A stretch of DNA of 38,235 bases from Vulcanimicrobiota bacterium (GTDB lineage Bacteria; Vulcanimicrobiota; Vulcanimicrobiia; Vulcanimicrobiales; Vulcanimicrobiaceae). The stretch spans positions 1-38,235 of the forward strand of contig JABEUW010000007.1 of NCBI GenBank assembly GCA_013043945.1, read 5' to 3'. The notes beneath the pieces were generated by a model that did no database searches, had not been told where the DNA came from, and saw only the letters and a program-made list of their open reading frames with translations. Both the position numbers and the translations under genes were made by a program. Position 1 is the stretch's first letter, and every line of letters starts with the position of its first letter. Of the stretch, positions 8,454 through 18,824 are shown in pieces.

Positions 8454-11400
8454 ATGAAGCTCTCTTTGAGGAGGAAGTCGTTGTCTCGTACACCCATACG
8501 CTGGGCGCTCGCCGCCGCAGCCCTCTTTGCTCTTAGCCTTCCCTCGCTCGCGCGTGCGGCAAGCGCCGCGAGCCCGGCCCCGGCAAAAACCGCCGCGAAG
8601 GCCTCCCCCAAACCGACGCCTACGCCGACACCGCCGCCGCCGTACACGCAAGTGACGTGGCGCGAGATCGGCCCCGCCGCGGGCGGCGGCCGCGTCACTT
8701 CGGTCGCCGGCTCGGCGACGAACGTGAAGCTCTACTTCGTGGGCTCCGCGGGCGGCGGCGTGTGGAAGACGATCAACGGCGGCTTTACCTGGACGCCGGT
8801 CTTTGCGAATCAGAAGGTCGCAGCGATCGGTGCCGTCACGATCGACCCCAGCAACAATAATAATGTGTGGGTCGGTACCGGCGAGAGCAATCCCCGTAAC
8901 GACGTCAGTTACGGCGACGGCCTCTATAAATCGACGAACGGCGGCATAACCTGGAAGCGGGTCGGGCTCAAAGGCGTTCGCGCGATCTCGCGCATCGTCG
9001 TCGATCCCAAAGACGGCAATCACGTCGTCGTTGCGGCGTTCGGCGACCCGTATCGCAACAGCGTCCACCGTGGCGTCTACGTCACCTTCGACGGCGGCAA
9101 GACCTGGAAGAAGACACTCTATCTCGCCCCCGATAGTGGTGCGAGCGATCTCGCGATGGTGCCGAGCGACCCGAATGTCGTGTACGCCGGCATGTGGGAG
9201 TTCCGGCGCAAACCGTGGACGTTCCGTAGCGGCGGCCCCAACGACGGGCTCTATAAATCGGTCGACGGCGGCAAGAGCTGGACGAAACTCGTCGGCAACG
9301 GTTTGCCGGCCGGTATCACCGGGCGCATCGGGCTCGCCGTTTCGCAGAGCGACCCGAATTACGTCTACGCGCTCATCGAAGCGGCGCACGGTATCCTCTG
9401 GCGCAGCGAGGACGCGGGCAAGAGTTGGAAGATGGTCAGCGACAACACGCTGGTCGATCAACGTCCGTTCTACTTCACGCACATCGCCGTAGATCCGATG
9501 AATCCCAAAAAAGTCTATGCGGTCTCGGAGCTAACCTCGGTCTCGACCGACGGCGGCAAAAAATTCCACCCCATCGCACTCGCGGTGCACGTCGACTATC
9601 ACGCGATCTGGATCGCTCCGAACGATCCGTCGCGCATCATGCTTGGCGAAGACGGCGGGTACGCGCTTACCGTCGATGGTGGCGCGAACTGGTTCTTCTC
9701 GAAGAATCTTCCAATCGCACAGATCTATCACGTCGGGCTCTCCAACGAAAACCCGTATGAAGTTTGCGCCGGATTGCAAGATAACAACGCGTTCTGCGCG
9801 CGTGAGAACTCGCTCGACCCCAGCGGCTTACTCAATAAATATTGGAAGGTCAGCGTCGGGGGCGACGGCGAGTGGTCGGTGCCCGATCCCTCCAATCCGA
9901 ATTACATCTGGAGCGATTCCGAGAACGGCTCGGTCGTCGTTTGGAATAAGAAGACGCAAGACCAATGGTCGGCACAACCCTATCTTCAGGGCGTCAAAGA
10001 GCAGTACGACCTGCGCACGAGCAAGTATCGCTTTAATTGGGATTCCCCGATTGCGTTCGCACCGTGGAATCCGCATATCGGCTGGGTCGGCGGCAACGTC
10101 GTCTTCCAGAGCACCGATCGCGGCAAGAGCTTTAAGGTCATCAGCCCCGACCTCACGTTGAATATGAAATCGCATCAAATCCCTTCGGGCGGTCCGATTA
10201 CCCACGACGTCTCGGGTGCGGAATATAGCGACACCCTACTCGATATCGAGGGTTCGCCGGTTCGTAAAGGCGAGATCTGGACTGGAGCCGACGACGGCGT
10301 CATCGGCCTCACCGTCGATGGCGGAAAGCATTGGAAGAAGATGCTTATCCCCGGCGTTCCGCCTTACGGACGCGTCGAAACGGTCGCCCCTTCGCCGTTC
10401 GATGCGGCGACGGCGTACGTATCGATCGATCGCCATCGTTCCGGCGATTACAAACCCTACGTTTTCGTCACCCACAACTACGGAAAGACGTGGAGCTCGA
10501 TCGCGAGCAATCTTCCCAAGAACGTCTTCGTGCGCACCATCCGTCCGGATATCAAAAACTCTTCGATCCTCTATCTCGGAAACGAAACGGGAATCTTCGT
10601 CTCCTTCAATGACGGGCAGAGCTGGGAGAGCTTCAAGAACGGCATGCCGACGGTCTCGGTTCGCGATATCCGCATGCAGCCGACCTTCGACGATCTCGTC
10701 GTCGCGACGCACGGGCGCTCGATCTATATCATGGACGACATGACGCCGATCCAACAACTCGCACGCGCGGAGGCGGCCGGCGGCCGATTCTTCCCGGTGC
10801 GCGTCTCCTATCAATACACGCTGCACGAAAACGACGAAGGCACCTACACCGACTTCGTCGGCAACAATCCGCCTTACGGCGCGATCTTCGATTACTACCA
10901 GAAAACGGCGAATGCAAAGACGCCGCCCTCGCTACAGGTGTTTAATGCACGCGGGCAACTGATGCGCTCGATCTCCGGCACCCATAAAGTCGGCGGAAAG
11001 GCGCAACCACGGCTCCCCAACGCGGTCGGCCTCAATCGCTACGTCTGGGATTACGGGACCAACGGTGTGGCGCTCTGGAAGGGCGCGGCAAAGAAGTCGT
11101 ACCAGGGCTTCCCGGAAGGGCCGGCGGTTCCGCCGGGCACCTACACCGCGAAACTCACCTTCGATGGGAAAACCTACACGCGTCGCTTCGTCGTGAAGCC
11201 CGATCCGCGTTCGAAATTCACGCAAGCGGAATACGACCGGACGTTCGCTTTCTCGATGAAGTACGAAACGATGTTCGGGAAGATCGACACGATGCTCAAC
11301 AACCTCGACGCGCTCAAGAAGCAACTCGATGCGGCGCAGAAGGCCGCAACGGCGAAAAAGGCGACCGGCGTCACCGCCGCGCTCTCCGCACTCGCCGGCC

Positions 11401-11678
11401 GTCGCCAGGGCATGTTCGATATCTTGACGGCAAACTACCAGAACGATGAGGACTCGATCGAGCGACCGGGTGCGCTGCGCGAAGATTTCGAGCAGCTCTA
11501 CTTCGCCGCGCAGAGCCTCATTACACCGCCGACCCTTGCCTTCGCGCATCGACTCGATGGGAAATATGCCCGCGCACTCGGGCAATACAACGCCTTCGTC
11601 GGCACGATTCCCGCGCTGCAAGCAGAGATGAAAGCAGCCGGGCTCAAACCGATCGCGGGCATCGGTACCGTGCGCTAA
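8454..11678 (+). CDS. Secreted BNR/Asp-box repeat protein (sortilin/VPS10- or GH74-like tandem beta-propellers), paralog 1 of 4
   Basis: 1074 aa with a signal peptide (ALFALSLPSLARA) followed by a PT-rich linker. It carries about 10 Asp-box-like motifs (STNGGITW, TFDGGKTW, SVDGGKSW, SEDAGKSW, STDGGKKF, TVDGGANW, STDRGKSF, TVDGGKHW, THNYGKTW, SFNDGQSW) and GTGESNPRNDVS. Confidence 0.9.
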   Translation: MKLSLRRKSLSRTPIRWALAAAALFALSLPSLARAASAASPAPAKTAAKASPKPTPTPTPPPPYTQVTWREIGPAAGGGRVTSVAGSATNVKLYFVGSAGGGVWKTINGGFTWTPVFANQKVAAIGAVTIDPSNNNNVWVGTGESNPRNDVSYGDGLYKSTNGGITWKRVGLKGVRAISRIVVDPKDGNHVVVAAFGDPYRNSVHRGVYVTFDGGKTWKKTLYLAPDSGASDLAMVPSDPNVVYAGMWEFRRKPWTFRSGGPNDGLYKSVDGGKSWTKLVGNGLPAGITGRIGLAVSQSDPNYVYALIEAAHGILWRSEDAGKSWKMVSDNTLVDQRPFYFTHIAVDPMNPKKVYAVSELTSVSTDGGKKFHPIALAVHVDYHAIWIAPNDPSRIMLGEDGGYALTVDGGANWFFSKNLPIAQIYHVGLSNENPYEVCAGLQDNNAFCARENSLDPSGLLNKYWKVSVGGDGEWSVPDPSNPNYIWSDSENGSVVVWNKKTQDQWSAQPYLQGVKEQYDLRTSKYRFNWDSPIAFAPWNPHIGWVGGNVVFQSTDRGKSFKVISPDLTLNMKSHQIPSGGPITHDVSGAEYSDTLLDIEGSPVRKGEIWTGADDGVIGLTVDGGKHWKKMLIPGVPPYGRVETVAPSPFDAATAYVSIDRHRSGDYKPYVFVTHNYGKTWSSIASNLPKNVFVRTIRPDIKNSSILYLGNETGIFVSFNDGQSWESFKNGMPTVSVRDIRMQPTFDDLVVATHGRSIYIMDDMTPIQQLARAEAAGGRFFPVRVSYQYTLHENDEGTYTDFVGNNPPYGAIFDYYQKTANAKTPPSLQVFNARGQLMRSISGTHKVGGKAQPRLPNAVGLNRYVWDYGTNGVALWKGAAKKSYQGFPEGPAVPPGTYTAKLTFDGKTYTRRFVVKPDPRSKFTQAEYDRTFAFSMKYETMFGKIDTMLNNLDALKKQLDAAQKAATAKKATGVTAALSALAGRRQGMFDILTANYQNDEDSIERPGALREDFEQLYFAAQSLITPPTLAFAHRLDGKYARALGQYNAFVGTIPALQAEMKAAGLKPIAGIGTVR

Positions 11679-11703
11679 CGTCATCACGAGTGGAGGAGAG
11701 AGC

Positions 11704-14700
11704 ATGAAGATACGGTTTCTCGCGTTGGGTGCACTGCTCGCAGCCGGAAGTTTTCTTCCGGCTGCGGCGGCGACCGCACCGTACGCGCACATGAAATGGC
11801 GAGAGATCGGCCCGGCGATCGCCGGTGGCCGCGTCTCTTCGGTTGCGGGAACGGCGCAGAACGCCGATCTCTACGTTATCGGAACCGCCGGGGGCGGCGT
11901 CTGGAAGAGCGTGAACGGTGGCGCAACCTGGAAACCGATCTTCACCAAGGAACCAACCGGAGCGATCGGCGCGGTCGCCATCGATCCAAACGATCAGAAC
12001 GTTCTCTGGGTCGGCACCGGCGAGAGTAATCCGCGCAACGACGTCTCGTTCGGTACCGGCCTCTATAAGAGCACCAACGGTGGTAAAACCTGGGCGCGCG
12101 TTGGGCTCGCGCTGACGCGCCATATCTCGCGGATCGCGATCGATCCAAAGAACCCCCAGCATGTCGTGGTCGGAGCCTCTGGCGATCCGTTCGCCGACTC
12201 CGTGCATCGCGGTGTCTACGTCACCTTCGATGGTGGAAAAACGTGGACGAAATCGCTCTATATCGGCCCGAGCAGCGGCGCGAGCGATATCGCGATGGAT
12301 CCCGCCGATCCCAATATCGTCTATGCCGGAATGTGGCAATTCCGTCGCAAGCCGTGGACCTTTCACTCCGGTGGTCCCCAGGATGGCATCTATAAATCGA
12401 CCGATGGCGGCAAGAGTTGGACGAAGCTCGTCGGCAACGGGCTTCCGGCGGGGTACGAGGGACGCATCGGTCTCGCGATCGCGCCGAGCGATCCCGTGCG
12501 CGTCTATGCGTTGATCGAAGCGAAGGGCGGCATCCTGTGGCGCAGCGACGATGCCGGTGCGCACTGGAGGATGATGACCGATAACACGCTGGTCGATCAG
12601 CGTCCCTTCTATTTCACCCATATCGCCGTCGATCCGAAGAACGCGAACCGCGTCTACGGCGTCTCGGAGATGCTCTCGGTCAGCACCGACGGCGGCAAAA
12701 AATTCAAACGGATCGCCAAAGGCGTTCACGTCGACTATCACGCCATTTGGATCGCTCCGAATAACGGCAAGCGCATCATCGTCGGCGAGGACGGCGGCTA
12801 TGCGTTAACGCTCGATGGCGGGAAGGCGTGGTCCTTCGCGCGCAACCTCCCCATCGGTCAGGTCTATCATGTCGGCCTCTCCAACGGCAATCCCTATCTC
12901 GTCTGCGGTGGGTGGCAAGATAATAGCGGCTGGTGCGGGCCGGAGAATTCGCGCGATCCGCAAGGGATCAAAAATCGGCGTTGGTTCCAGGTGGTCGGCG
13001 GCGACGGCATGTGGGCCGTTCCCGATCCGAGCGACTCGAATTTCGTCGTCGCCGATCTCGAAGATGGCTACGTGAACATCTTCAATCGTCGGGCGCGGCT
13101 CTTTCGGTTTATCAACCCCTACTTCGAGCCGGGGCTCTCGATCTTCGATCTCAATAAACGGCCGTATCGCTTCAATTGGGATTCGCCGATCGCATTCGCT
13201 CCGTGGAACGGGCATATTTTATGGTACGGCGGCAACGTCGTCTTTCAAAGCACCGATCGCGGCCAAACGTGGCAGCCGATCAGCCCCGATCTCACGCGCA
13301 ATATTAAAGCGCATCAAATGCCGGCGGGTGGCCCACTCGCACACGACGTTTCGGGTGCCGAGTATAGCGATACGATTCTCGATGTCGAAGGTTCGTCGGC
13401 AGCAGAAGGTGAGATTTGGGTCGGAACCGACGACGGGCTCGTACAACTCACGCGCGACGGCGGTAAACATTGGAGCGACGTTACTCCGAAGGGCGCGCCC
13501 GAGTTCGCTCGCGTCGAGACCGTTGCCCCGTCGGCGCTCGACCCGGCGACGGCCTACGCTTCTTTCGACGATCATCGCATGGGCGATTATGCGCCCTATC
13601 TCTACGTGACTCACGACTACGGCAAATCGTGGAAGAAGATCGTCAACGGCTTGCCCGCCGATATCTATACGCGGACGATTCGCCCCGATATTCATAATAA
13701 GAACCTGGTTTTTGCCGGGAACGAAGAGGGCATCTTCATCAGCTTTAACGGCGGCAGTTCCTGGAAGCCGTTCTCACTGAACGTGCCAGCGGTCTCGGTA
13801 CGCGATATCCGCATTCAACCGACCTTCGACGATCTGGTGATCGGCACGCATGGCCGCGCGATCTGGATTCTCGACGATATCGCGGCGCTGCAGAATTTGC
13901 CGGCCGCGCAGGCGCGAGGGGCGATGCTCTTTCCGGTGCGCACCGCATACGAATACATCATGCATAGCAACGACGAGAATCTCTACACGCGTTATGCAGC
14001 GAAAAATCCGCCGTACGGAGCGATCTTCGACTTCTATCAGAAGGCTCCGCAGAAGAAAGCACCGGTCGTACAGGTGCTCGATTCGCAGGGGCACGTGATC
14101 CGCACGATTTCGGGAAGCATCAAAATCGGGAAGAAAAAAATCCCGCTCGTTTCCAATAAAGCCGGTATCAACCGCGTTATCTGGGATTTTCATGAGAACG
14201 GCGTCACGCGCTGGATGGGCGCGGCGCGCAAGCAGTATCGCGGGCCGAAAGAAGGGCTGACCGCGCTGCCCGGCCGTTATACGGCGCGCATCACGCTCGA
14301 CGGCCGCACGTTTACCCAGTCGTTTTCGGTGAAACCCGATCCGCAGACGCCCTACACGCTCGCACAGATGCGTGCCGGGTATCGGATCGGCAAACATTTC
14401 CTCAATATGTCCGGGAAGATCAATGCGGTGCTCGATGCGCTCGACGCGCAGAAGATCGCCTTGAAGAAGGCCTATGCTTCGGCTCGCTCGGCAGACAACG
14501 CTCCGCGCTTGGCGGCAATCTCTGCAGCGATGAAGCGGCGCGATGCAATCTTTGCGACTTTTACCGCAAACTATCAGAACGACGAAGATTCCATCCAACG
14601 CCCAGGTGCACTGCGCGAAGCGGTGCCCGGCGGCTTCTTCCTCGGAGCGAACTCCCCACCGACGGCATCGTTGCTTGCATATCGGAGGCACCTCGATGTA

Positions 14701-14778
14701 CGCTTTGCTGCGGCGCTGGATGCATACCATCGTTACCTAGCGACGGTTATCAAACCGCTGGGGTTGCAGATAAAGTGA
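11704..14778 (+). CDS. Secreted BNR/Asp-box repeat protein, paralog 2 of 4
   Basis: 1024 aa, GGAGGAGAG RBS, signal peptide. It aligns end to end with paralog 1 and shares its Asp-box set. The gap after paralog 1 is 25 nt. Confidence 0.9.
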   Translation: MKIRFLALGALLAAGSFLPAAAATAPYAHMKWREIGPAIAGGRVSSVAGTAQNADLYVIGTAGGGVWKSVNGGATWKPIFTKEPTGAIGAVAIDPNDQNVLWVGTGESNPRNDVSFGTGLYKSTNGGKTWARVGLALTRHISRIAIDPKNPQHVVVGASGDPFADSVHRGVYVTFDGGKTWTKSLYIGPSSGASDIAMDPADPNIVYAGMWQFRRKPWTFHSGGPQDGIYKSTDGGKSWTKLVGNGLPAGYEGRIGLAIAPSDPVRVYALIEAKGGILWRSDDAGAHWRMMTDNTLVDQRPFYFTHIAVDPKNANRVYGVSEMLSVSTDGGKKFKRIAKGVHVDYHAIWIAPNNGKRIIVGEDGGYALTLDGGKAWSFARNLPIGQVYHVGLSNGNPYLVCGGWQDNSGWCGPENSRDPQGIKNRRWFQVVGGDGMWAVPDPSDSNFVVADLEDGYVNIFNRRARLFRFINPYFEPGLSIFDLNKRPYRFNWDSPIAFAPWNGHILWYGGNVVFQSTDRGQTWQPISPDLTRNIKAHQMPAGGPLAHDVSGAEYSDTILDVEGSSAAEGEIWVGTDDGLVQLTRDGGKHWSDVTPKGAPEFARVETVAPSALDPATAYASFDDHRMGDYAPYLYVTHDYGKSWKKIVNGLPADIYTRTIRPDIHNKNLVFAGNEEGIFISFNGGSSWKPFSLNVPAVSVRDIRIQPTFDDLVIGTHGRAIWILDDIAALQNLPAAQARGAMLFPVRTAYEYIMHSNDENLYTRYAAKNPPYGAIFDFYQKAPQKKAPVVQVLDSQGHVIRTISGSIKIGKKKIPLVSNKAGINRVIWDFHENGVTRWMGAARKQYRGPKEGLTALPGRYTARITLDGRTFTQSFSVKPDPQTPYTLAQMRAGYRIGKHFLNMSGKINAVLDALDAQKIALKKAYASARSADNAPRLAAISAAMKRRDAIFATFTANYQNDEDSIQRPGALREAVPGGFFLGANSPPTASLLAYRRHLDVRFAAALDAYHRYLATVIKPLGLQIK

Positions 14779-14790
14779 GGCCAAACGCTC

Positions 14791-15180
14791 ATGAAATACG
14801 GACACGAAACCGTCGTCGAAGGTAAATTCGAAGAGGTCATCGATCGCACGAAAGCCGCGCTCGCGGAGCGCGGCTTCGGCGTTTTAACCGAGATCGATGT
14901 TGCCGCGACGCTCAAAAAGAAGATCGGCGCCGAGATGGAGCCCTACGTCATCCTCGGCGCTTGTAACCCGACCTTCGCACACGAGGCACTCCAGCGCGAG
15001 CCCGACCTCGGGCTCTTGCTGCCGTGCAACGTCGTGGTCATGCAGAAGGCCGGGAAAACCTACGTGAAGGCGATCGATGCCGGGGCGATGCTCGGGGTGA
15101 CCGGCAATACCGAGCTCGTCGGCGTCGCCGGCGAGGTCGACGCCCTCCTGAAGGAGACGCTGAACGCACTCAAGGGGTGA
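14791..15180 (+). CDS. DUF302 domain protein
   Basis: 129 aa. VIDRTKAALAERGFGVLTEIDVAATLKKKIG...YVILGACNPTFAHEAL...LLLPCNVVV is the typical DUF302 pattern. Confidence 0.85.
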   Translation: MKYGHETVVEGKFEEVIDRTKAALAERGFGVLTEIDVAATLKKKIGAEMEPYVILGACNPTFAHEALQREPDLGLLLPCNVVVMQKAGKTYVKAIDAGAMLGVTGNTELVGVAGEVDALLKETLNALKG

Positions 15181-15182
15181 GC

Positions 15183-15212
15183 TTGTATTAGTAAATCTGA
15201 ATATGCTAATAT
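15183..15212 (+). promoter_or_regulatory. AT-rich sigma70-like promoter overlapped by an inverted repeat (candidate ArsR operator)
   Basis: TTGTAT (15183-15188), an 18-nt spacer, then TAATAT (15207-15212). The inverted repeat TATTAG (15186-15191) / CTAATA (15206-15211) brackets the spacer. The only possible in-frame start of the ArsR gene (GTG 15219) is 7 nt past the -10 element. Confidence 0.4.
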
Positions 15213-15218
15213 CCAGAT

Positions 15219-15530
15219 GTGCTTCGCAACTTTAAGGCGGATCTCTTCAAGACGCTCGCGCACCCGGCGCGGATCCGCCTCCTCGATGCCCTCCGCGAAG
15301 GAGAGAAAACCGTGGTCGAGCTGCAACAGGCGCTCGATCTCGGCCAACCCTCGGTCTCCCAGCATCTTGCCGCCCTGCGCGGGAAGGGGCTCGTGGTAGC
15401 CCGTCGCGAGGGGCTCTTCGTTCGTTACGGCGTCGCCGATCCGCGGCTCTGGGATCTCCTCGATGCCGCGCGCGATTTCTGCGATCACCTTCTGCGCGAG
15501 CAGCGCGCGAACTTCGAAGCGCAGAGCTAG
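15219..15530 (+). CDS. ArsR/SmtB-family winged-helix transcriptional regulator
   Basis: 103 aa. FKTLAHPARIRLLDALREGEKTVVELQQALDLGQPSVSQHLAALRGKGLV is the ArsR HTH signature. The alpha3 CxC metal motif is absent. The upstream in-frame codon is a stop, so GTG 15219 is the only available start. Confidence 0.9.
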   Translation: MLRNFKADLFKTLAHPARIRLLDALREGEKTVVELQQALDLGQPSVSQHLAALRGKGLVVARREGLFVRYGVADPRLWDLLDAARDFCDHLLREQRANFEAQS

Positions 15531-17401
15531 TGCGGGGAGTACGACTTCTCGCCTCATCTCTGCTCGCCGTCGTTGCGGCCGCGGCGATCGCATGTGCCGC
15601 GCGACCATTCGCACCATTCATCGTTCGTTCGCCCATCTTCGCACGATATTTAACGCTCGATTTTGTCGCGACCCCGCTCGCGCGCCCGTTTCTTGCCTTT
15701 CTCGCAATCGGCGTCATCGTCGTTGCGATTTGGAATTTGAAGCGCGGCCGTGCCGGCGCGGGGATTCCGTTGGCCTGTTTCAGCGCCGCGATGCTCGGCG
15801 TGCTGCTCGCGCAGTCGATCTTTACCTTTCTGTTGAGTTGGGAACTGATGTCGTTGATCTCCATCGCCGTCGTGGCGACCGAGAGCGAACGCAAGAGCGT
15901 TCGTCGCGCGACCTTTGCTTACGCGCTCGTGAGCCAGCTCGGTGCGTTGGCGATGACGATTTCCTTTGCGATGCTCGCGGTCCATGCCGGGAGCGGTTCG
16001 TTCGCGGCGCTTGCCGCCGCTGCGCCCTCGCTCGCTCCGGCACTGCGTGCGGGAGTTCTCGCGGGATTCTTCATCGGTTTTGGTTCGAAAGCCGGGCTCG
16101 TACCGCTGCAATTCTGGCTGCCGCGAGCGCACCCGGCGGCACCGGCAAATGCATCGGCACTCCTCTCGGGCGTGATGATCGAGATCGCACTCTACGCACT
16201 CGCGCTGGGAACCTTCGTGCTGGTCGCGCCGGTCGGCGCGGTTGCGGGCATCATTTTGCTGGTGGCGGGGCTCGCCGGCGCGCTCTTCGGAGGTCTCTAC
16301 GCAGCGGTCGAGAGCGAGTTGAAGCGACTGCTTGCGTTTAGTTCGATCGAGCATATGGGCGTGATGGTTTCGGCGCTCGGCCTCGCGATCGCCGCTTCGG
16401 CTCTCGGCTTTCCGGCATTGGCAACCGTAGCATTTCTGGCGATGCTCTTCCACGCGCTCAACCATACCGTATTGAAGACGCTGTTATTTCTCGCCGCCGG
16501 AACGGTCGTCGAACGCATGCATCACGTGACCGACCTCGATCGATTGCGTGGGCTCGCTAGCGGCGCGCTCAAACGGAGTGCTCCGTGGATTCTCGTCGGC
16601 TGCCTAGCGGCCGCCGCGTTGCCGCCGAGCAACGCCTTTATCTCCGAGTGGCTCGTCTTCCAAGGCTTCATCGGTGCGACGCTTTCTGGAAATGCGTCGC
16701 TCGCAAGCGTCGGTCTCCTCGGCCTCTTCGCACTCTTACTCGGCGGCGGGCTCGCGGCGGCGGCCTTCGTAAAACTTTTCGGTATCGCCTTTGCGGGAGA
16801 TCCCGCACCCGCGCAAGAGCGCGAAACTCCCGAAGCCTTCGATGCGGCGACGATTGCGTTGGCGGTTGCAGCGACGCTCGTGCTCGTGCTTGGCATCTTT
16901 CCGCTCCTGGCGCTCCATCCATTGCTCGCTCTCGCTGCAGGGATCGTCGGCACGCGCGCGAGCAGCCTCGACACGATGCTCGCGAGTTCGGTTCGGCTTG
17001 CATGGCTCGCTGCGATTCCGGTACTCGTAGCGTTGGGAGCCTGGTGGTATGGCCGACGCGTGGCGGAACGGAGCGACCCGGTCTGGGCTTGCGGTTCGGT
17101 CCTCCCGGCGCGCGCATCGTATAGCGCGACCGCGCTCACGAAACCGCTCCGTAGGATCTTCGCATTTGCGCTCTTCCCCGAGCGACGCCGGTCGATCGAT
17201 GCGGCAACGAGCATCGATTTTCCGACGCAGATCGCGTACGCGGTAAAAACGCACGACCTTACCAGCGAGGCAGCGCGCAGCGTTGCAGCGTTCGCGCAGC
17301 GTTTCGTTCGTCGCCTACGGGTCGTGCAATCGGGGCGGATGCGCGCGTATATCGCGTATGCGGCGATCGCCGTCGCGCTCGCACTGGTGCTGGGACGATG
17401 A
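15530..17401 (+). CDS. Group-4 hydrogenase membrane subunit, HyfB/NuoL-like proton-conducting subunit
   Basis: 623 aa and polytopic. Motifs are SWELMSL, GSKAGLVPLQFWLPRAHPAAPANASALLSGVMIE and LAFSSIEHMG. The GTG start overlaps the preceding stop (TAGTG). Confidence 0.88.
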   Translation: MRGVRLLASSLLAVVAAAAIACAARPFAPFIVRSPIFARYLTLDFVATPLARPFLAFLAIGVIVVAIWNLKRGRAGAGIPLACFSAAMLGVLLAQSIFTFLLSWELMSLISIAVVATESERKSVRRATFAYALVSQLGALAMTISFAMLAVHAGSGSFAALAAAAPSLAPALRAGVLAGFFIGFGSKAGLVPLQFWLPRAHPAAPANASALLSGVMIEIALYALALGTFVLVAPVGAVAGIILLVAGLAGALFGGLYAAVESELKRLLAFSSIEHMGVMVSALGLAIAASALGFPALATVAFLAMLFHALNHTVLKTLLFLAAGTVVERMHHVTDLDRLRGLASGALKRSAPWILVGCLAAAALPPSNAFISEWLVFQGFIGATLSGNASLASVGLLGLFALLLGGGLAAAAFVKLFGIAFAGDPAPAQERETPEAFDAATIALAVAATLVLVLGIFPLLALHPLLALAAGIVGTRASSLDTMLASSVRLAWLAAIPVLVALGAWWYGRRVAERSDPVWACGSVLPARASYSATALTKPLRRIFAFALFPERRRSIDAATSIDFPTQIAYAVKTHDLTSEAARSVAAFAQRFVRRLRVVQSGRMRAYIAYAAIAVALALVLGR

Positions 17402-18225
17402 CCTTGCTGCAGGTGCTCGCACTCCTCGTCATGGCTCCATTAGTGCAAGGGGTGCTCGCGAGTATGCGCGCGCGGCTGAGCGGCCGCCCGGGGCCTCCGT
17501 TTGTACAGCCCTATCGCGACCTTGCAAAATTTCTGCGAAAAGCGCCCCGGGCCGGTCGAGCGGGCTCCTCGCTCGGTTTCGCAGCGGCGGGATTCGCACT
17601 CGGCACCTCGGTAACGATCCTCATCTTGCTTCCCCATATCCTCGGCGATAGCGTGCGAACGACCGTCCTCGATGTCGTCGCACTCGTCTTCCTTTTCGCA
17701 CTCGGACGCGCCGCGATGGTTCTTGCCGCGCTCGATAGCAATTCGGCGTTTTCGGCGATGGCCGTGGGAAGAGAGATCGCGTTCGCCGCGATCGTCGAAG
17801 CGCCGTTCCTGCTCGCCTTGCTCGCGGCACGTTCGACCCCTTCATCGGCGTTGCTCGCCGGCTCCGCACTCTTTATCATTCTCCTCTTCGAGAGCGCGCG
17901 CGTCCCGGTCGATAATCAGGAGACGCACTACGAACTGACGATGATCCACGAAGGGATGTTGTTGGAGTATGCGGGCCCGGTCTTCGCCGCCTGGCAGTAC
18001 TCTGCGCAGCTCCGCCAGGTAGCGATGTTGGTTCTCGTCGCGTTCGTGCTCGCCGGCTCGGGGCTCCCGATGGCGCTCTGTCTCGTCGCTGCAGTTGCGG
18101 CGATTCCATTTGTCGAGGCGTTCCAGGCAAAGATGCGCCTTTTCGACGTACCGCAACTCGCGACTGCGGCGACCCTCCTCGCCGTCGCCGCATTGGGAAT
18201 CGATATTATCGGAGGGCTTCGATGA
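17398..18225 (+). CDS. HycD/HyfC/NuoH-like membrane subunit
   Basis: 275 aa. Motifs are RLSGRPGPPFVQPYRDLAKFLRK and ARVPVDNQETHYELTMIHEGMLLEYAG, a NuoH/HycD-type loop. The start overlaps the upstream gene as ATGA. Confidence 0.85.
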   Translation: MTLLQVLALLVMAPLVQGVLASMRARLSGRPGPPFVQPYRDLAKFLRKAPRAGRAGSSLGFAAAGFALGTSVTILILLPHILGDSVRTTVLDVVALVFLFALGRAAMVLAALDSNSAFSAMAVGREIAFAAIVEAPFLLALLAARSTPSSALLAGSALFIILLFESARVPVDNQETHYELTMIHEGMLLEYAGPVFAAWQYSAQLRQVAMLVLVAFVLAGSGLPMALCLVAAVAAIPFVEAFQAKMRLFDVPQLATAATLLAVAALGIDIIGGLR

Positions 18226-18824
18226 CGCTCCTCTTCCTTTGCGCGCTCGCTGCCTTGGTCGTCGATGCACGCATTCGAACCGCGTTGCTTGGATACGTGC
18301 TCTTCACCGGAATAGCGCTTTCGTTCTCCTATCCGGGTCTCGGAGACATGCGCGCGTTCGCCGTCTTCGTCGTGCTCGCATTCGTGAAATTGGTTGCCGG
18401 CCCCGTATCGATTCTCTGGCTCGAAAAGCATCGCGGGCTGCGAAACGACCTACGCCCATCCTTTCCGCTCGGCGGGAGAATCGCGATCGTCTTACTCGCG
18501 CTCGGGCTCGCGCATTTGGCCGGACGGCTTCCCGCATTTAGCGGCATTCATAATGTCGGGTTGGTCTTTTTTGCCCTCGCGACGAGTATCGCGGTGGTGA
18601 TCGCGCATCGTAGCTTGATCGCCAACGCCATTGGGTTGCTCGCATTGGGGAGCACGGTCTCGCTCGCGGCCGTCGTTTTCGTTCCGCACGTTCCGATGAG
18701 TGCGGAGCTCGCCGATACCTTCGACGCGGTGCTCGCGACGCTCGTCGGTCTCACCATCGCGCGAGAGATTGCGCGCGAGAACCCCGAGCTCGACGTTCGC
18801 GGCATGCGGGAGCTCCGCGGATGA
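18222..18824 (+). CDS. HyfE/HycP-like small membrane subunit (NuoK-related)
   Basis: 200 aa with about 6 TM helices. The assignment rests mainly on position between the HyfC-like and HyfF-like genes. ATGA overlaps occur at both ends. Confidence 0.65.
   Translation: MTLLFLCALAALVVDARIRTALLGYVLFTGIALSFSYPGLGDMRAFAVFVVLAFVKLVAGPVSILWLEKHRGLRNDLRPSFPLGGRIAIVLLALGLAHLAGRLPAFSGIHNVGLVFFALATSIAVVIAHRSLIANAIGLLALGSTVSLAAVVFVPHVPMSAELADTFDAVLATLVGLTIAREIARENPELDVRGMRELRG

Noticed and set aside
14134-14140. A7 run inside BNR paralog 2 (also A6 runs at the DGGKKF codons of paralogs 1 and 2) as phase-variation or frameshift sites
   Set aside because: They encode Lys-rich loops whose positions are conserved across the paralogs (KIGKKKIP, KVGKKHVA). 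They are mid-gene and shorter than typical contingency tracts.
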